Shown piece after piece: positions 1-12,462 of a DNA stretch of 64,000 nt. Numbering within the stretch: position 1 is the stretch's first letter; the number at the start of each line of letters is the position of its first letter. This DNA is from Chiloscyllium plagiosum (Eukaryota). The notes under the pieces are model-generated. The model saw only the letters and a program-made list of their open reading frames with translations, searched no databases and was not told the origin of the DNA. Position numbers and translations under genes: made by a program. The stretch is taken from contig NC_057720.1 in the NCBI RefSeq assembly GCF_004010195.1, forward strand, positions 66,938,844-67,002,843, given 5' to 3'.

Positions 1-1223
1 TTTTAAACTCTGGTGATCCAGGGGTATCTCATGTCTCGGGGATTTATTTAAGGATGGGGTCCTGATGTCTTTCGGACAGCTGCGTCAGAAATTCGGATTA
101 CCCAATGGAGACCTCTTTCGATACTTCCAAATTCGAGATTTTATACAGAAGAAGACTACGTTATTAGATAGTCTTTATAAATCCGATAGAGAATGTAGTG
201 TCCTACGACCAGTGGGGGTATCTTCCGTCAGTAATATTTATCATTTATTACATGATGAAGTATCGGGAGATATGGATAATCTGCTTAAAACATGGGTTCA
301 GGATCTGGGACTAGAAATCTCCACAGAAACGTGGAATGATATCTGGGAAAATGCTAGAAGAATTACTATTTGTAACAGAACCCAGGCTATCCAGCTGAAG
401 GTACTTCATAGGGCCCATATAGCACCGGTTCGATTGGCAAAATTTAAGGCAGGAGCATCTCCAATGTGTCCCCAATGCAAAATAGAGGTGGGCACTCTTG
501 TACATTGCCTATGGACCTTCATAAGATCCGTAGATATTGGACTAAAGTAGCAAGTACCCTGACAGAAATTTTAGGAACGGAAATAAAAGTGGACCCCGTA
601 TCTCTCCTCTTGGGCTTTTCGAACTTTCCCTCCCTGGACATGTACGGGAAGAGACTATTTTCTATTCTTTCTTTCTGTGCAAGGAAAAATATTTTGGTGA
701 ACTGGGCGGCTGAGGGCCCCCCTGGACTTTCAAATTGGCACAGATTAATTATGGAATGTATTCCCCTTGACTTCCTTACAAATATGGTGCACCGAAAGAC
801 CGAATTATTTTATAAAACATGGCAGCCCTTTTTGAATTACATAAATACAGATATTTCGGCTATCCTAACAAGGGCTTTTATTTAATTGAGATTACAAACC
901 TGGCTGGTCCGAGGCCCCTCGGGGGAGGAATCCCGCACGAATACAGGTTTTATTATATCTGATGTTAACACATCCCGAGCATGTAAGAGACTTAAATATA
1001 CACCCTGGTTAGTTGTAGGTTAGATTAGTAGATAGTTGAGTTTTGTTTGTTTGTTTTTTTTTTCTTTTCGGTTTTTTTTTGTTGTTTTGTTTTTTTTTGT
1101 CAAATTTTGGCTATTGTATATTTGAGCTAATTGTATATCAATGTTTATATCTGAGAGTTTTGTTTATTTTTGTGAACTTGTAAAAATGTTAAATTTCTAA
1201 TAAAAATATCTATTAAAAAAAAA
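1..1223 (+). mobile_element. 3' end of an L1/Tx1-clade LINE (ORF2 C-terminus with CCHC zinc knuckle, 3' UTR, poly-A)
   Basis: ORFs 65..550 and 466..885 join across a ~1-bp frameshift near 519 to give CPQC-x8-HCLWT..HKIRRYW, a typical L1 ORF2 C-terminus. A T-rich 3' UTR follows, with AATAAA at 1199-1204 and an A-run at 1215-1223. Confidence 0.85.
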
Positions 1224-1480
1224 CAAAACTGCACAAGATAAAAGTATATAAGATTACAAAATTACAATCCCAGCAAGTATTAAGCAACTAAATAAGAAAA
1301 TAAAAACACTACAAGACATCCCTCAATAATCAGATAAACCACACAAGCTATAGATAAGAGACTGAAGAAAGAATAAGGAACGAGCCCCTCCACCCCCAAA
1401 GGGAGGATGGAGGAAAGAAAGAGGAAGAAAGAAAGAAGGAAAGACAAAGGGGAGCAAAATAAAGTTGTTGTCCATACAAT

Positions 1481-2200
1481 TCAAGTCCTGCAGTCTATTT
1501 TAGAGCGTCCAGGAATTCTTTTACTTTTTCTGGTGATCCAATGTTTTATGCAGATCCTCCATGACTGAAATGCGGCGTTGCCGGATGTCGCATGGAATAT
1601 TGAATATTTAAGTCTCTCAGATGCTTCTTCATCAAATACCCTCCACTTGCAGACCACAACCAGAGAAAAGTCCTGAAACAACATTATCTTGGAGCCCTTG
1701 CACATCATGGCATGGGAATCCTTCCCCAAGACTCTGGAGGCCTCCAGCAGCATTTGTTTTTCCCTATAATGTTGAAGTTGGACTAGGACTGGGAGGGGGC
1801 GCTGGTCTGACCCAGGCCTGTGTACAGCAATCAGGTGGGCCCGCTCAACCCGTACCCGGCCCAGCTCCAACTCCAATTTCAGCAGCTGTGGGAGCCATTG
1901 CTTCAGGAAATCCACAAGCTGGTCTTCCTCCTCCCATTCGGGAAGGCCCAGCAATCGAGGTCGTCGATATGTTCCTCCAGGGTCTGGACTCACCGCTCCA
2001 GAGCCCGGACCTGACCCACAGATGACTCAGCAACAGTGTCCGAGGCCGAGGCCTGTTGCTCCGCCCCTCCGATACGCTGCCCAAGTTTCCTGATCTCTCG
2101 GTCATGCTTCTGCAGCATGACTGAGATTGACTCTCCCACCTGGACCGGGTCTCGTCAATGTACGCCCGATCTTCTCTCGGAGTTTAACGAGCCTTTGCCC
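1481..2200 (-). mobile_element. Degenerate L1 ORF1p fragment
   Basis: Minus-strand translation has L1 ORF1 RRM-like motifs: R.LGLPE..E, VERAH, RPLPVLV, KIMLFQDFS. The frame is broken by frameshifts. Confidence 0.75.
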
Positions 2201-2384
2201 TTAGTCATTTTTTAAAAAGCACCAAACTGTTAATGTTTGATGCAAAATGGCTAAAGGTGCTGGGTAAAAACTATTTTAAATAGTTTAACAGGTGAAGTGA
2301 GGGTAGGCACCCCACTCTGCCTGAGTCTTGGGCAGAGCTCTGCAGACTCAGACCTACTGGGTCACCACCATCTTGGATCTCCCC

Positions 2385-2612
2385 AGTGATTAGGACTTAA
2401 CAGCAATTTGGGTTTGTTCAATACATCGTATCAGTAGTATGACACTTTGATCTTTTATATAAATTCTGTGTCCCATAATCCTGCCCCACTAGCTACCTGA
2501 TGAAGGAACAACGCTCCAAAAGCTTGTACTTCCAAATAAACCCGTTGGACTATAACCTAGTGTTGTGTGATTTTTTACTTTGTTCACCCCAGTCCAACAC
2601 CAGCACCTCCAT
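2385..2612 (+). mobile_element. Penelope-derived short repeat with a degenerate hammerhead core
   Basis: Similar to 47760-47965. Contains CTGATGA-AGGAAC..GCTCC-AAAAGCT at 2497-2524. Confidence 0.6.
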
Positions 2613-4635
2613 GTCAAGAATAGACAGGCAGCAGGGATCAAACCTGATCTATGTAACTCAGCACCAGGGTGAAACATCAACCGAGTCACTATCGACTTTG
2701 AATGAAATGTTGAACAAAATAGTTCTGCATAAAAAGTGACTCAAATATCAATATGTCACTGACTGTGGACCCTTCACTTCAAATTATTATTGCTTTGCTG
2801 CAGCCTACTAATTAAGGTGGAGAAGATCAGAGATCATATATTTAAGTTATAAAAGTGTAGAGGTAGGTCATCTATTATGCACTGCTGCAGTAACAGTAGC
2901 ATTGTCATATCGGCACCATTACTGAAGTCAGGCCACTGTAGACAAATGTGAACAGGCAAATATATTAAATTATCACAATGGAAAAGACCAGCAGGTCCAC
3001 TGAGCCAATCCTGACACCGGCATTGGCATGGGCATTGTACAGACACCCATACCCACACGCACACATTCACCCCTCTACCCCTGGCACTGATCTTATAATC
3101 TGCTGGTAGAGAAAAAAGGTTTAAGATGCCCAAGAACAATAAAAAAAACTCTTAGTTAATCAACACAAGATCATGAGATCACATAAGTCATACATGTAGT
3201 CAGAGAGTTATTGCAGCACGAAGGAAGAGGCTATTCAGCCTGTTGGTGCTTGATATTTTACCTACCTTTTATGATGTGACCTGTTGAGATCTTATTGAAT
3301 GGTGGAAAAAGCTTGAAGGGCCTGATAGCCGACTCCAAAGTCTTATGTTTCTATGTTGACTATTCTCTGGCAGATGTGGAACTATCCAGCATCTAATCTA
3401 CCTATACTTTCATAACTTAAATACATGACCTCTGATCTTCCTCAACCTAATTAGCTGAAATAGTGCCTCGGAAGGAAAAATATCAAACAATGTAATCATT
3501 TTTTATATCTTTCAAAATATCTCCAAAACAATACATTTCTAAAGGGAAGACACCCACCATTTAAATCTTTCAGAATAGTTTTAATCTTTCAATTTGAATA
3601 ATTGTCATAGCCTTCTTCAGAATTTCCCAGAACTTCTGGATAGTCCACGAAAGAGAAGATCCAAACTGAATGCAGCATTCCGAACACGGTTTAGCCAGGA
3701 GAAGACAAATTGCTTTACATTGAATAGTTCTATCTCGGCAACCAAATATTCGATTTGCTTAGTTACATTTTCTCAACTCTTGCCATGATGTTTTGGAGAG
3801 TTATGAGCAATTATAACTGAGTTTAATTAGGAATCGTGCATTGTGAAAGCACACTTGGTTTCTATCCTGCTCCCCCCCCCCCCCAATACACTCTACGTGT
3901 TTAATTACATTAAAGAATAATTGTCAGATTCTGGTTTAATCACCAAACTTATTTAAATTTGTTCTACTGCAGAGTTCTGACATTGACAAATTGTGTGCTA
4001 TCAGAAACTTTGCACACTTACACAGATGGCATTGCGATAGTGACTTCATATCAATAATGATCATGGACTTCACTTTGAATGATTCTGGATACCTGGCTAC
4101 TTTTTAAAGGTCAGTGAAAGATATTGGAACTTGTTTTAAAAACAAAGCATCTCTTTAAAGTCACAAGTCTTGTGGTAACTGCTTGTTTACTGTGGACCTG
4201 CTGCCTGAGTTTAAGACTGTCGGGTTGCAGATTCGGCTTTGGGGGTCATTTGGATTTTCCAATTGGTGGCCAACCTAAGGAAGGAAGAGAGATTCCTGGC
4301 CCAGCTCTTCTGTTTTTGAAAAATTCCTTGTTGTGGACTCAGTGTGGTAGCTAGAGTCCCAGTCTAGTTTGAACACAGATTGCCTTCATGGAATCCTCAA
4401 TATTGTTTCCTGAACAAGACGTATCAGCAAAGATCCTAGAGATATCTGCCTGTCATCAGTCTTTGCATGCAAAAATGTTTGATAGCCACATTTGAACAGT
4501 TCACATCTTATCCTCTTTCTGCCATCAAGAACTAAGACAAATTCGACCAATGCATTTTCTCCCCAAACTGCAAAGAGAGAACCTTTTTAAAAAATTTTCT
4601 TTATTCAGTGTGTGTCTGAGTGTTTATTTGGGTTA

Positions 4636-5329
4636 TGTTTATGAAGATGTGGGTGTTCTATACCTTTAAGAGAGTTAAAAGCGAGAAGAACTACCTGACA
4701 CAGCACCGATAGTTCTGAATAAGGTAACAACGTAACACTGGGTCAAAAACTATATTAGCTGGTTGCCTGGAAATGACAAGACAGATTTGAATTAAGCCAA
4801 TCAATTTAAATTATACCCTGAAAAATATCAAATTACAATCAAGTTTGAATTTAGTTTATTGGCAATCTTAAAAGCCGATGACACAATCCGATGCTTTGGG
4901 GGTATAAGACCAGAAAAAAATTGAACAGTTGGGAGGAGAACCACCAAGCCAACGACATCTGCAGATTGCCCAGAGAATAGTTCTCTTAAAGGTACCTTTA
5001 TTGTGACCTATGAAGCATAATCCCTAAGAAGACGACGACACAGGAAGATCCAAATAGAAGATTCAACAGCTGGCTGGTTTTTGAAACTTGAATTTCTGGT
5101 AACTCTTAATCGGGGCTTTTATCAGACTGATATTATAGAAGGAAAGGTAAAATATAGGTTAGAGGAAGGAGTTGTAAATAGTTGTGAGTTAATTATTCTC
5201 TGTTATACTTTAAGAAATAAAGTTGTTAATTTTTACTTTAAATAGATCTTGGCCTCTCGAATTGTCACAGATTACTGCACTGTGTTGCTGGTTTAAATTA
5301 AGCAGGACGGTTTACCCCATGTCGTAACA
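4636..5329 (+). mobile_element. Solo LTR (TG...CA) with 4-bp target-site duplication GTTA
   Basis: Starts TGTTTATG and ends CGTAACA (short inverted termini). GTTA flanks it at 4632-4635 and 5330-5333. TATAAG lies near 4903 and AATAAA at 5216-5221. Confidence 0.7.
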
Positions 5330-5629
5330 GTTATTTAGAGGGGTAAAATTTTATATTTTCATATTACAAACTAAATTCATTAACCAGTTTTGCATCATCA
5401 TTTAATAATTTTGTTTAAAGTAAATAAATAATGTTGTGCTCATTAAAGAAAGTTGATGGATCTTTTGTTTTAAAACTACATTCGAGAAATGGATTATATC
5501 GGGACCCAAGTAACACAATTATGTTGTGACCTGTGGATTACTGGAACTAATGAAAAATAGTTCACTTTCCAATCATGGTCATAGCAACATTCATAAAGAT
5601 ATTAAAAAGCATTGGCCCAGGAACAATTA

Positions 5630-7050
5630 GAGTCATAGAGATGTACAGCATGGAAACAGACCCTTCGGTCCAACCCGTCCATGCCAACCAGATATCCCAA
5701 CCAATCTAGTTCCACCTGCCAGCACCTGGCCCATATCCCTCCAGACCCTTCCTATTCATATACACATCCAAATGCCTCCTAAATGCTGCAATTGTACCAG
5801 CCTCCACCACATCCTCTGGCAGCTCATTCCATACACATACCACCCTCTGTGTGAAAAGGTTGCCCCTTAGGTCTCTTTTATATCTTTCCCCTCTCAACCT
5901 AAACCTATACCCTCTAGTTCTGGACTCCCCGGCCCCAGGGAAAAGACTTTGCCTATTTATCCTATCCATGCCCCTCATAATTTTGTAAACCTCTATAAGG
6001 TCACCCCTCAGCCTCCGACGCTCCAGGGAAAACAGCCCCAGCCTGTTCAGACTCTCCCTGTAGCTCAGATCCTCCAACCCTGGCAACATCCTTGTAAATC
6101 TTTTCTGAACCCTTTCAAAATTTCACAACATCTTTCCGATAGGAAGGAGATCAGAATTGCGCGCAGTATTCCAACAGTGGCCTAACCAATGTCCTGTACA
6201 ACCGCAACATGACCTCCCAACTCCTGTACTCAACACTCTGACCAATAAAGGAAAGCATACCAAACGCCTTCTTCACTATCCTATCTAACTGCGACTCCAC
6301 TTTCAAGGAGCTATGAACCTGCACTCCAAGGTCTCTTTGTTCAGCAACACTCCCTAGGACCTTAGCATTAAGTGTATAAGTCCTGCTAAGATTTGCTTTC
6401 CCAAAATGCAGCACCTCGCCATTATCTGAAATAAACTCCATCTGCCACTTCTCAGCCCATTGGCCCATGTGGTCAAGATCCTGTTGTAATCTGAGGTAAC
6501 CCTCTTCGTTGTCCACTACACCTCCAATTCTGGTATCATCTGCAAATTTATTAACTGTACCTCTTATGCTCACATCCAAATCATTTATGTAAATGACAAA
6601 AAGTAGAAGGCCCAGCACTGATCCTTGTGGCACTCCACTGGGCATAGGCCTCCAGTCTGAAAAACAACCTGCCACCACCACCCTCTGTCTTCTACCTTTG
6701 AGCCAGTTCTGTATCCAAATGGCTAGTCCTCCCTGTATTCCATGAGATCTAACCTTGCTAATCAGTCTCCCATGGGGAACCTTGTTGAACGCCTTACTGA
6801 AGTCCATATAGATCATATCTACTGCTCTGCCCTCATCAATCTTCTTTGTTACTTCTTCAAAAAACTCAATCAAGTTTGTGAGACATGATCTCCCACGCAC
6901 AAAGCCATGTTGACTATGCCGAATCAGTCCTTCCCTTTCCAAATACATGTATATCCTGTCCCTCAGGATTCCCTCCAACAACTTGCCCACCACCGAGGTC
7001 AGGCTCACCAGTCTATAGTTCCCTGGCTTGTCTTTACAGTCCCTCTTAAA
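5630..7050 (-). mobile_element. CR1-clade LINE, 5'-truncated (RT domain plus 3' tail)
   Basis: ORFs 6151..7080 and 5706..6089 carry QHGF, YMDFSKAF, GVPQGSVLG and KFADD motifs. The tail is (CTATGACT)-like. Confidence 0.95.
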
Positions 7051-8767
7051 TAATTCCTGCAGGACACCCCTGATAACCAACTTCCAAACATATTTATGTA
7101 CATTAAACTACAATTTTCTGCCTATATGAATGGAAATAATTTCTAATCCATGCCAGGTTTTATGAACCTGGTGTTTCTTGTCTCTGACTTACAACTTTAT
7201 ATTTTCATATTCCAAAATCAGCACCACACCAGCATCTTTCCAAACTGAGAGAATGATCCCAGAACCCAATAAGCTGTTAAGGATAAGGTCAAGGCTCTTT
7301 CAAGTCAGTTCCCATGTCATTTATTTAAGATGCTTTATTTTGAGATATCTTCCTCTCTATTGTAAAACTATCAATTTTCGTTTACAATGCAAGTCACATC
7401 TGATTGTTGGATAACATCCAGAGGAATGTGAACTGACGTAAAATAATCATTGAACACCTTTGCCACAGCTGAAATTCCAATCCATTTTGTCCTGAAGTGT
7501 CTGTCAGTAATACTAAGAAGTCCTAAATAGTCATTCAAAAAACTTTATCATTACTTCTGTAATTATCAATGATTTTCCTTCCCATTGTTCTCTAAACTGC
7601 TCTAATCGTTACTTCTGTTACCATTGATTGTGCCGTGATACTTATCTCTATTTCCTTGTCAGCTATTTAACTTCATCAATGTTTTGCCATATTCTTAAAA
7701 TGTCCAATATTTAGATTCTCTAATGATGCATAGAGCAGTAACTCAATCAATTTATTTCTAATATTACTTGTATTTGTATAAAAATATTTTAACAGTCTAA
7801 TTGTTAGCGGAATAAAGGTCATTTTTTTCTTTTAGCACCATCTATTTACAAACAATTATTTCACCTATATTAAGTTAATACTATTAATGCCCCCAATATC
7901 AGATCTTTTAAAAATCTATTCAGCAATTTAGTGTGATCATATCACAAGTTTAATTCTGATATTCTATGGCCCCAGCTCAAGATATTATTGAGTATATTGG
8001 CCTCACTGAGAATGTGACTATCACATGATTGTACGAGAACAGTGCTGTTCAAAAAGTGCACCTTCCCCAAATAACATCACTTTTTATGATGTGTGTATTT
8101 CCTTGACAGGTTCATTTAAGACAAGCTACATCCAATGTAGAAAATTAGAGTAAATAGAGGAAGTAAAGATAAACTTTTTCCAAACATGGAAATGACAATA
8201 ACCAGCGGTCACAGATTTAAGATGATGAAAAGAACTGGGGCAACATGAGGAAAAACCTTTTTATTAACAAAATGAGTACTTTGAATTTGGAATTGTACCG
8301 CTTAATAGGGTGATGGAACACAATAGCTTTCAGGAAGGAATTTGATAAATACTTTAAAAGAAATTGCAGGGAAATAGGGAAAGAACTAGGAGTGGGACTA
8401 AATGGCTTGTGCTTTGAAAGAACCAGCACAAACATGATTAGCTGCACTAACCTATAATAGGAAAATTAACACAACAAGAATTTCACAGAGACAAAAAAAC
8501 TGCAGATGCTGCAATCCAAAGTAGACAAATAGGAGGCTGGAAGAACACAGCAAGTTAGGCAGCATTCAGAGATGGAGAAGTCACTGTTTCGAATATTAAC
8601 TGCTCTTTAGGGTTAATTTCACAGAAACTGGGATTTATCGCTGCACCGAGTTTCCTGCTAATGAGGCATTAAAAAAGACTTTACAAAATGGCCACCCTCC
8701 AAAAAGCCAGGTCTCCAAACTGATTAATACACCATTACAACTGGAAACATACAATTATCTCATGTCC

Positions 8768-9088
8768 TTATAGCAGGACCAGCCCTATGATAGCAATCAA
8801 CATGAGAATTCCAGCCAAAACACAAATACCAATGAAGACAATGTCACTGGTATCTTGCATTCTGGAAAGGTCTGATCCATCTACCACCTTCAACTCATCA
8901 GAGTTGGAATCCTCAAGATTGACAGCTTGCTGTTGGAGCTGATACAGTTCTGTATCTGTAATGATGTCATACGAAGCTGCTTTTCTCTTGAGGTCGCATT
9001 GCACTTCATATTCCTGGCTATCTTCCCGTGTTCCATTAGAAACCTTTATGTACAAAATATTCACAAAGATGGTGACATTTCCTCTTCT
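8768..9088 (-). CDS. CDCP2: CDCP2 coding exon 6 (ZP-N-like second half, stalk, C-terminal TM helix, stop)
   Basis: ttgcag acceptor, phase 0, 321 bp: RRGNVTIFVN...IVFIGICVLAGILMLIAIIGLVLL*. Confidence 0.85.
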   Translation of the reverse strand, partial: RRGNVTIFVNILYIKVSNGTREDSQEYEVQCDLKRKAASYDIITDTELYQLQQQAVNLEDSNSDELKVVDGSDLSRMQDTSDIVFIGICVLAGILMLIAIIGLVLL

Positions 9089-9189
9089 CTGCAAAGGCAA
9101 GAGAAAACAGATTAGTAATGTCTATTGCACATGGATTAACTCTGAAAGACATAGAGACAAAGAAACAAGCTTCTTGTGTTTGGGAATTT

Positions 9190-10000
9190 GGAGAAGATTT
9201 GTAGCTCAGGATGGATTAGGTTGTAAATTTGCTTACTGAACTGGTAGATTTGTTCTCAGACAGACATTTTGTCACCATGCCAGGTAACATCATCAGTGAG
9301 CCTCCAGTGAAGCCTTGCTGTTCTGTCCGGCTTGATATTTATCTGTTTCAGTTTGTTGTGGTAAGTGATATCATTTCTGGTTCTTCCTTGAGAGGTTGGT
9401 AAATGGGGTACAAATCTGTGTTGGAAATGTGTTGCTGGAAAAGCGCAGCAGGTCAGGCAGCATCCAGGGAACAGGAGAATCGACGTTTCGGGCATAAGCC
9501 CTTCTTCAGGAACCTGTGTGTTTGTTAATGGAGTTCAGAGTTGAATACCAGGCTTCTAGGAATTCCTGTGCATGTCTTTGTTTAGCCTGTCCCAGGATGG
9601 ATGTATTGTCCCATCGAACTGGTGTCCCTCTTAATCTGTGTGTATGGATACCAGTGGCTAGTTTTGGTGGCTAGTTGGCACTCATGTATCCTGATGGCTA
9701 ACTTCCTGCCCATTTGTCCAATGTAATGTTTGGTGCAGTCCTTGCAGGGTATTTTGTATATGATGTTTGTTCTCCTGGTTGTTGGTATGGGGTCCTCTAA
9801 ATTCATCAGCTGCTGTCTCAGTGTGTTGGCAGGTTTGTAGTGTACCATGATACCTAGGTTCTAGATTAGAGTGGTGCTGGAAAAGCACAGCAGTTCAGGC
9901 AGCATCCGAGGTGCAGGAAAATCGACGTTTCAGGCAAAAGCCCTTCATCATGATACCTAGGGGCTGGAGTAGTCTGGTCTTCATTTCAGAGATGTCTTTG
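9190..10000 (-). mobile_element. Penelope-like element 3' portion (GIY-YIG endonuclease), left arm of an inverted pair
   Basis: Encodes NIIYKIPCKDCTKHYIGQMGRKLAIRIHE. It is interrupted by two short inserts (about 9421-9513 and 9859-9948). Confidence 0.85.
9478..9512 (-). ncRNA. Minimal type I hammerhead ribozyme motif (putative)
   Basis: TTC-CTGAAGA-A-GGGC(TTAT)GCCC-GAAA-CG-TC^GATT, on the sense strand of CDCP2 intron 5. Confidence 0.6.
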
Positions 10001-10005
10001 AAGAT

Positions 10006-10520
10006 CACATTGAAACAGCTCCTGATGAATTTAAAGGACCCATACCAACAACCAACAGAACGAACATTATATACCAAATACTCTGCAAGGACTGCACCAA
10101 ACACTACTTTGGACAAACGGGCAGGAAGCTAGCTACCAGGATACATGAGAACCAACTACCCACCAAAAGACATGACCAACTATCACTGGTATCCATACAC
10201 ACAGATGAAGAGGGACACCAGTTCAACTGGGACAATACATCCATGTTGAGACAGGCTAAACAAAGATACACGCGGGAGTTCCTCGAGGCCTGGCATTCAA
10301 ACTGGAAATCCATTAACAAACATATCGATTTGGACCCCATTTAGCAACCTCTCAGAAACAGAACAGGAAATGGTATCACCCACCACAACAGATCAAGACA
10401 GATAACTATCAAGCGGAACAGAATACCAAGGTTTCATTGCAGGCTCACTGATGATGTTACGTAGCATAGTGACAAAACATCTGAGAACAAATCTACCAGC
10501 TCAGTGAGCAAACTTACACC
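10006..10520 (+). mobile_element. Penelope-like element 3' portion, right arm of an inverted pair
   Basis: Reverse-complement similar to 9230-9830. Contains a GIY-YIG remnant (CKDCTKHYFGQTGRKL) and a hammerhead-like core at 10444-10485. Confidence 0.85.
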
Positions 10521-10629
10521 CCGAAGCTTCTTGAGTATTGTTGGAGCTTTTGGAACATTTAAAATTCATATACCTGGATGGTATATGAATAGGAATAGTT
10601 TGAGGGATAGGGCCTAATGTTGGCAAATG

Positions 10630-11445
10630 GGAGTAGGTCATACTGGGATATCTGGTCAGCATGAACTCACCCAGGCAAATGGGGAATATTCTATCATACT
10701 TTTGAATTGTGCTTTGTAGATGGTGGTCAGTCTTTGGGCAGTCAGGAGGTGAGTTATTCGCCACAGTATTCCTAGCCTCTGTTCTGCTCTTGAAGCCACT
10801 GTGATTATATAGCGAGCCCAGTTGAGTTTCTGGTCAATGGCAACCTCCAGGATATTGATAGTAAGGAACTCAGTGATGGTAACGCCATTGAGTGTCAAGG
10901 ATCGGTAATTAGATTGTATCTTATTGGAGATGATCATTCCCTGGCATTTGTGTGATGCACATTCATGAGGGGTATAGATAAGGTGATTAGTCAAGGTCTT
11001 TTTCTTAGGGTAAGGGAGTCCAAAACTAGAGGGCATTGGTTTAAGGTGAGAGGGGAAATATTTAAAAAAGGACCTGAGGTGTAACCTTTACATGCAGAGG
11101 TCTGTGTGTGTATGGAACAAGCTGCAGAGGAACTGGTAGAAGTGGGTACAATTACAACATTTAAAAAGCATCTGAATTGGTATATGAAAAGGGAAGGTTT
11201 AAAGAGATATGGGTCAAATGCTGGCAAATGGGATGTCAGATTGGGATGTCTGGTTGGCATAAACAAGTTGGACTGAAGGATCTGTTCCATGTTGTATGAT
11301 TCTATGACGCTAAATGTCACTTGACACTTGTTAGTCCAAGCTTGCATACTGTCTAGATCTGGTTGCATTTAAACATGAACTGCTTCAGTATCTGAGGAGT
11401 TGCAAATAGTGCTGTACATTGTGCAATCATTCAGCAAACATCCAA
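10630..11445 (-). mobile_element. Old L2/CR1-like LINE RT C-terminal fragment, interrupted by a plus-strand CR1 3' fragment (about 10960-11310)
   Basis: Encodes LDSMQAW...ILEVAIDQKLNW...IYKAQFKSMIEY. Related copies lie at about 43230-43900 (+) and 54640-55440 (-). Confidence 0.6.
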
Positions 11446-11449
11446 GTAC

Positions 11450-11628
11450 CTGGGTCTTTGTTCCACATGCATCAAATCGTGAGATTATCTTGTATGCAGA
11501 GCCAAAAGCCTGGGCAGTACAGCCCTGGTTTCCTAGATAAATGTTGCTTCGACTGAGTAAAGGAACAGCCTGTACAGCAATCTGAATCTGGAAATCTGTT
11601 CTCGTGCAGCTGATGTTCATGGGAACGA
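11450..11628 (-). CDS. CDCP2: CDCP2 coding exon 5 (ZP-N-like first half)
   Basis: tttcag acceptor and CAG|gtact donor; 179 bp, phase 1->0: VPMNISCTRTDFQIQI...FDACGTKTQ. Confidence 0.85.
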
Positions 11629-12108
11629 CTGAAACAAATAAAATAAGTAAAGCTTAGTTAAACCTCAATAGTTCTGGCTGCATTGATTACACAGAATAAT
11701 TCACAGAATGCTGTACAGCACCTGTTGACTCAGTGGCAAATACACTTTCCAGTGTGATACTCGGTTTGTGAGTCAGTTGGCAAATTGCCTGCTCCGAATT
11801 ATCAATATTGATGATGCTGGTAGTTAGATTGGAACAGCAGATAATGGAGCCTCTATATAATGGGTTTTCATATGTCACAATGGAGTGTCAGTCTTAAATT
11901 TTGTACTCGAGTCTCAGGAGTGGAACTTCTACCCAAAGTCTTCTAACTTAGAGTTGATATGCTATTCTATCAGAAGTGTTAGTCCATAACTGAAACTACC
12001 ATTCCCACCAATGATGCTACCTTTGTCCATTAGATATCTCATTGGATAAATTACCACCCAGATTCCACACATCCAATAACTCCTTGCCATGATGAGCCCT
12101 CTACTTAC

Positions 12109-12462
12109 CACCATTGTATGATACATGGAAGCCACGAGAGGCTGTATTCCTATCAGCAGATAACACAAATAAAAGTCGGTTCCCATTGGACAGGAGTGAA
12201 GAGGGTGAGTTCCGACCACACCATTTCCCTAGCAATGTATCAGTCTCACTTTCTCCATCAAAAACTGCAAGAAAATCATAGTCACAGGCGTCTGTCAGGC
12301 TATCCCTGTCCTCCAACTCAAAATCATTTACGTGAACATTAATCCTGTAACCAAGAGGTTGCTGGATTGTCCAGTGACAGTTGATGTTATTCGGGTAAAT
12401 GTTTGGATAGCGTGGGCTAGAGAAATTCCCTTTAATGGCCGTGAATATTTGCTGACATTCAC
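12109..12462 (-). CDS. CDCP2: CDCP2 coding exon 4 (CUB domain 3)
   Basis: cccag acceptor and gtaagt donor; 354 bp: ECQQ..GNFSSPRYP..YPNNINCHWTI..CDYDFLAVFDG..GKWCG..GFHVSY. Confidence 0.95.
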
